Assembly: GCA_024137785.1 (NCBI GenBank)
Contig: JAHRHZ010000013.1
Coordinates: 12,666,707 to 12,730,706 of the forward strand
DNA from: Ginglymostoma cirratum
Taxonomy: Eukaryota
Direction: 5' to 3'
DNA length: 64,000 nt
Below, piece by piece: positions 62,691 to 64,000 of this stretch (position 1 is the stretch's first letter; the number at the start of each line of letters is the position of its first letter). Below the pieces are notes generated by a model that ran no database searches, was not told where the DNA came from, and saw only the letters and a program-made list of their open reading frames with translations. The position numbers and the translations under genes are program-made.

Positions 62691-64000
62691 ACACAAAACG
62701 GAATGAAAGAGAAAATGATATATCTTAAGATGCAAAAACGTCGTTGTTATTAATACTTTTGTTGCTTGGAATATTTAGGAAAGATACACGCATCCGGCTC
62801 AGAATTCTTCAGTTCTGCAATCTATACGGCTTGAAGAAAACGTATAACCGTATTCTGGGGTGTTTACATTCATAGGAAATTTTGGTTAGATTGTCACTGT
62901 TTTGTGAGTAAATTCTTGTGTTCTAAGAGCAATTACGTAGCTTTATGTTGTTTAATGAGAGCAAACATTTAAACTGATTCGAAATTGAAAACGTTATTCC
63001 GATATAACAGATAAGGAAGTGAATAAATACTGAGTAAATATGTCAATTATAAGGGATGTTTCGTTGCAAGTCAATCTTTGGGAACACGGTAAGCTTATCA
63101 AATAACTTCTTAATATTTCATTCTGCATTCTTTCGGAGGACGTCTCAGTCAGACTTTTTAAAGTCGCCCGGTGAAGGGAATTTGTTTTGCCGATACTACA
63201 GAGAAAAAAAAATTGACTGGTAAAAGCTCACTAAATAATTTCGTTCAATCTGCATGTGTAAAACCGGAACTTTATGATAGTCTACTCATTTATTGTAATC
63301 CATGTTACGCTTAGGTGGCATCATTCAGTTTGTCAATATGCATTTTTACCGCATCACTTTCATAACTGCTAGTTGAGTAGAGAAAGTCTCCCATGTATTT
63401 TGGATAGAAAGATAAATTAGACAGCATCTCCTTTGGGAAGTGTTGACGGGGAATATGCCGACAACATGGCGTCTCCTTGCTCGGCACTCAGGTTCTGCCA
63501 CATGGAAATTAATTTTTTTTTATAAAACTCGAGAGCTAAGGGTAAGCTTTCCCCTTCCGATTGTCTCACCATTTAGCAAGCCTGTGGATACGGTTTCCAA
63601 TGATTCAGTGAGGTATCTAAAACTATCCACAAACATTTGATTTTTACTCGATGCTTTAATTACCGCCAATGCTATCTAAGTCTCAAAATATTATTTTTTA
63701 AATCAATAATCTGGATAAGGGAAAATGCTTAAGTAACGATGCTGCCATTGCAATGGGAAACCATCACTGCGTGTTCACTTCGAGCTTTATTCGTTGGCCC
63801 GGGAAATACGGACTCGGAGTTCATGTTGAAAAAGGATTTGATCGTTGGAATTATGCGAAATATTTATCAATGTTGAGTTGCTGAATATTTTATAAATTGA
63901 ATTTAATACTTTCAACAAAGCTGTTAATTAAGGAAGGCAAACGTGAAGTTGTTCACTTTATCTGAAATTACTGGGACATTTTGCAATACCTAAGGAACGT

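Overview
Vertebrate (eukaryotic) DNA, most likely from a cartilaginous fish (shark). That assignment is inferred from the Hox protein sequences and the repeat families. The right ~17 kb is the 3' (anterior) end of a HoxA cluster on the minus strand. It holds intact two-exon HoxA1 (330 aa) and HoxA2 (363 aa) genes and recognisable regulatory elements: the HoxA1 3' DR5 RARE, the HoxA2 intronic Meis/Pbx-Hox r4 element, the conserved HoxA2 promoter, and a candidate Krox20 r3/r5 enhancer. This part retains CpGs and is nearly transposon-free. The left ~46.6 kb is CpG-depleted gene desert with decayed CR1, L2 and Rex1-type LINEs, SINEs, a split solo LTR, Harbinger relics and many Penelope-like element (PLE) pieces. 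The most notable structure is a set of ~100-200 bp PLE-derived insertions flanked by target-site duplications (TSDs). Several are fold-back hairpins whose apex lies in or next to a minimal hammerhead ribozyme motif (CUGANGA-stem-GAAA). Other points of interest are a Hoxb1-like DR2 and a perfect DR1 next to the HoxA1 DR5, a candidate HoxA1 exitron giving a homeodomain-less isoform, a miR-99/100 site, and a 400-N gap predicted to hide only 27 bp. Transposon boundaries are approximate, and all comparisons to other species are from recall, not database searches.
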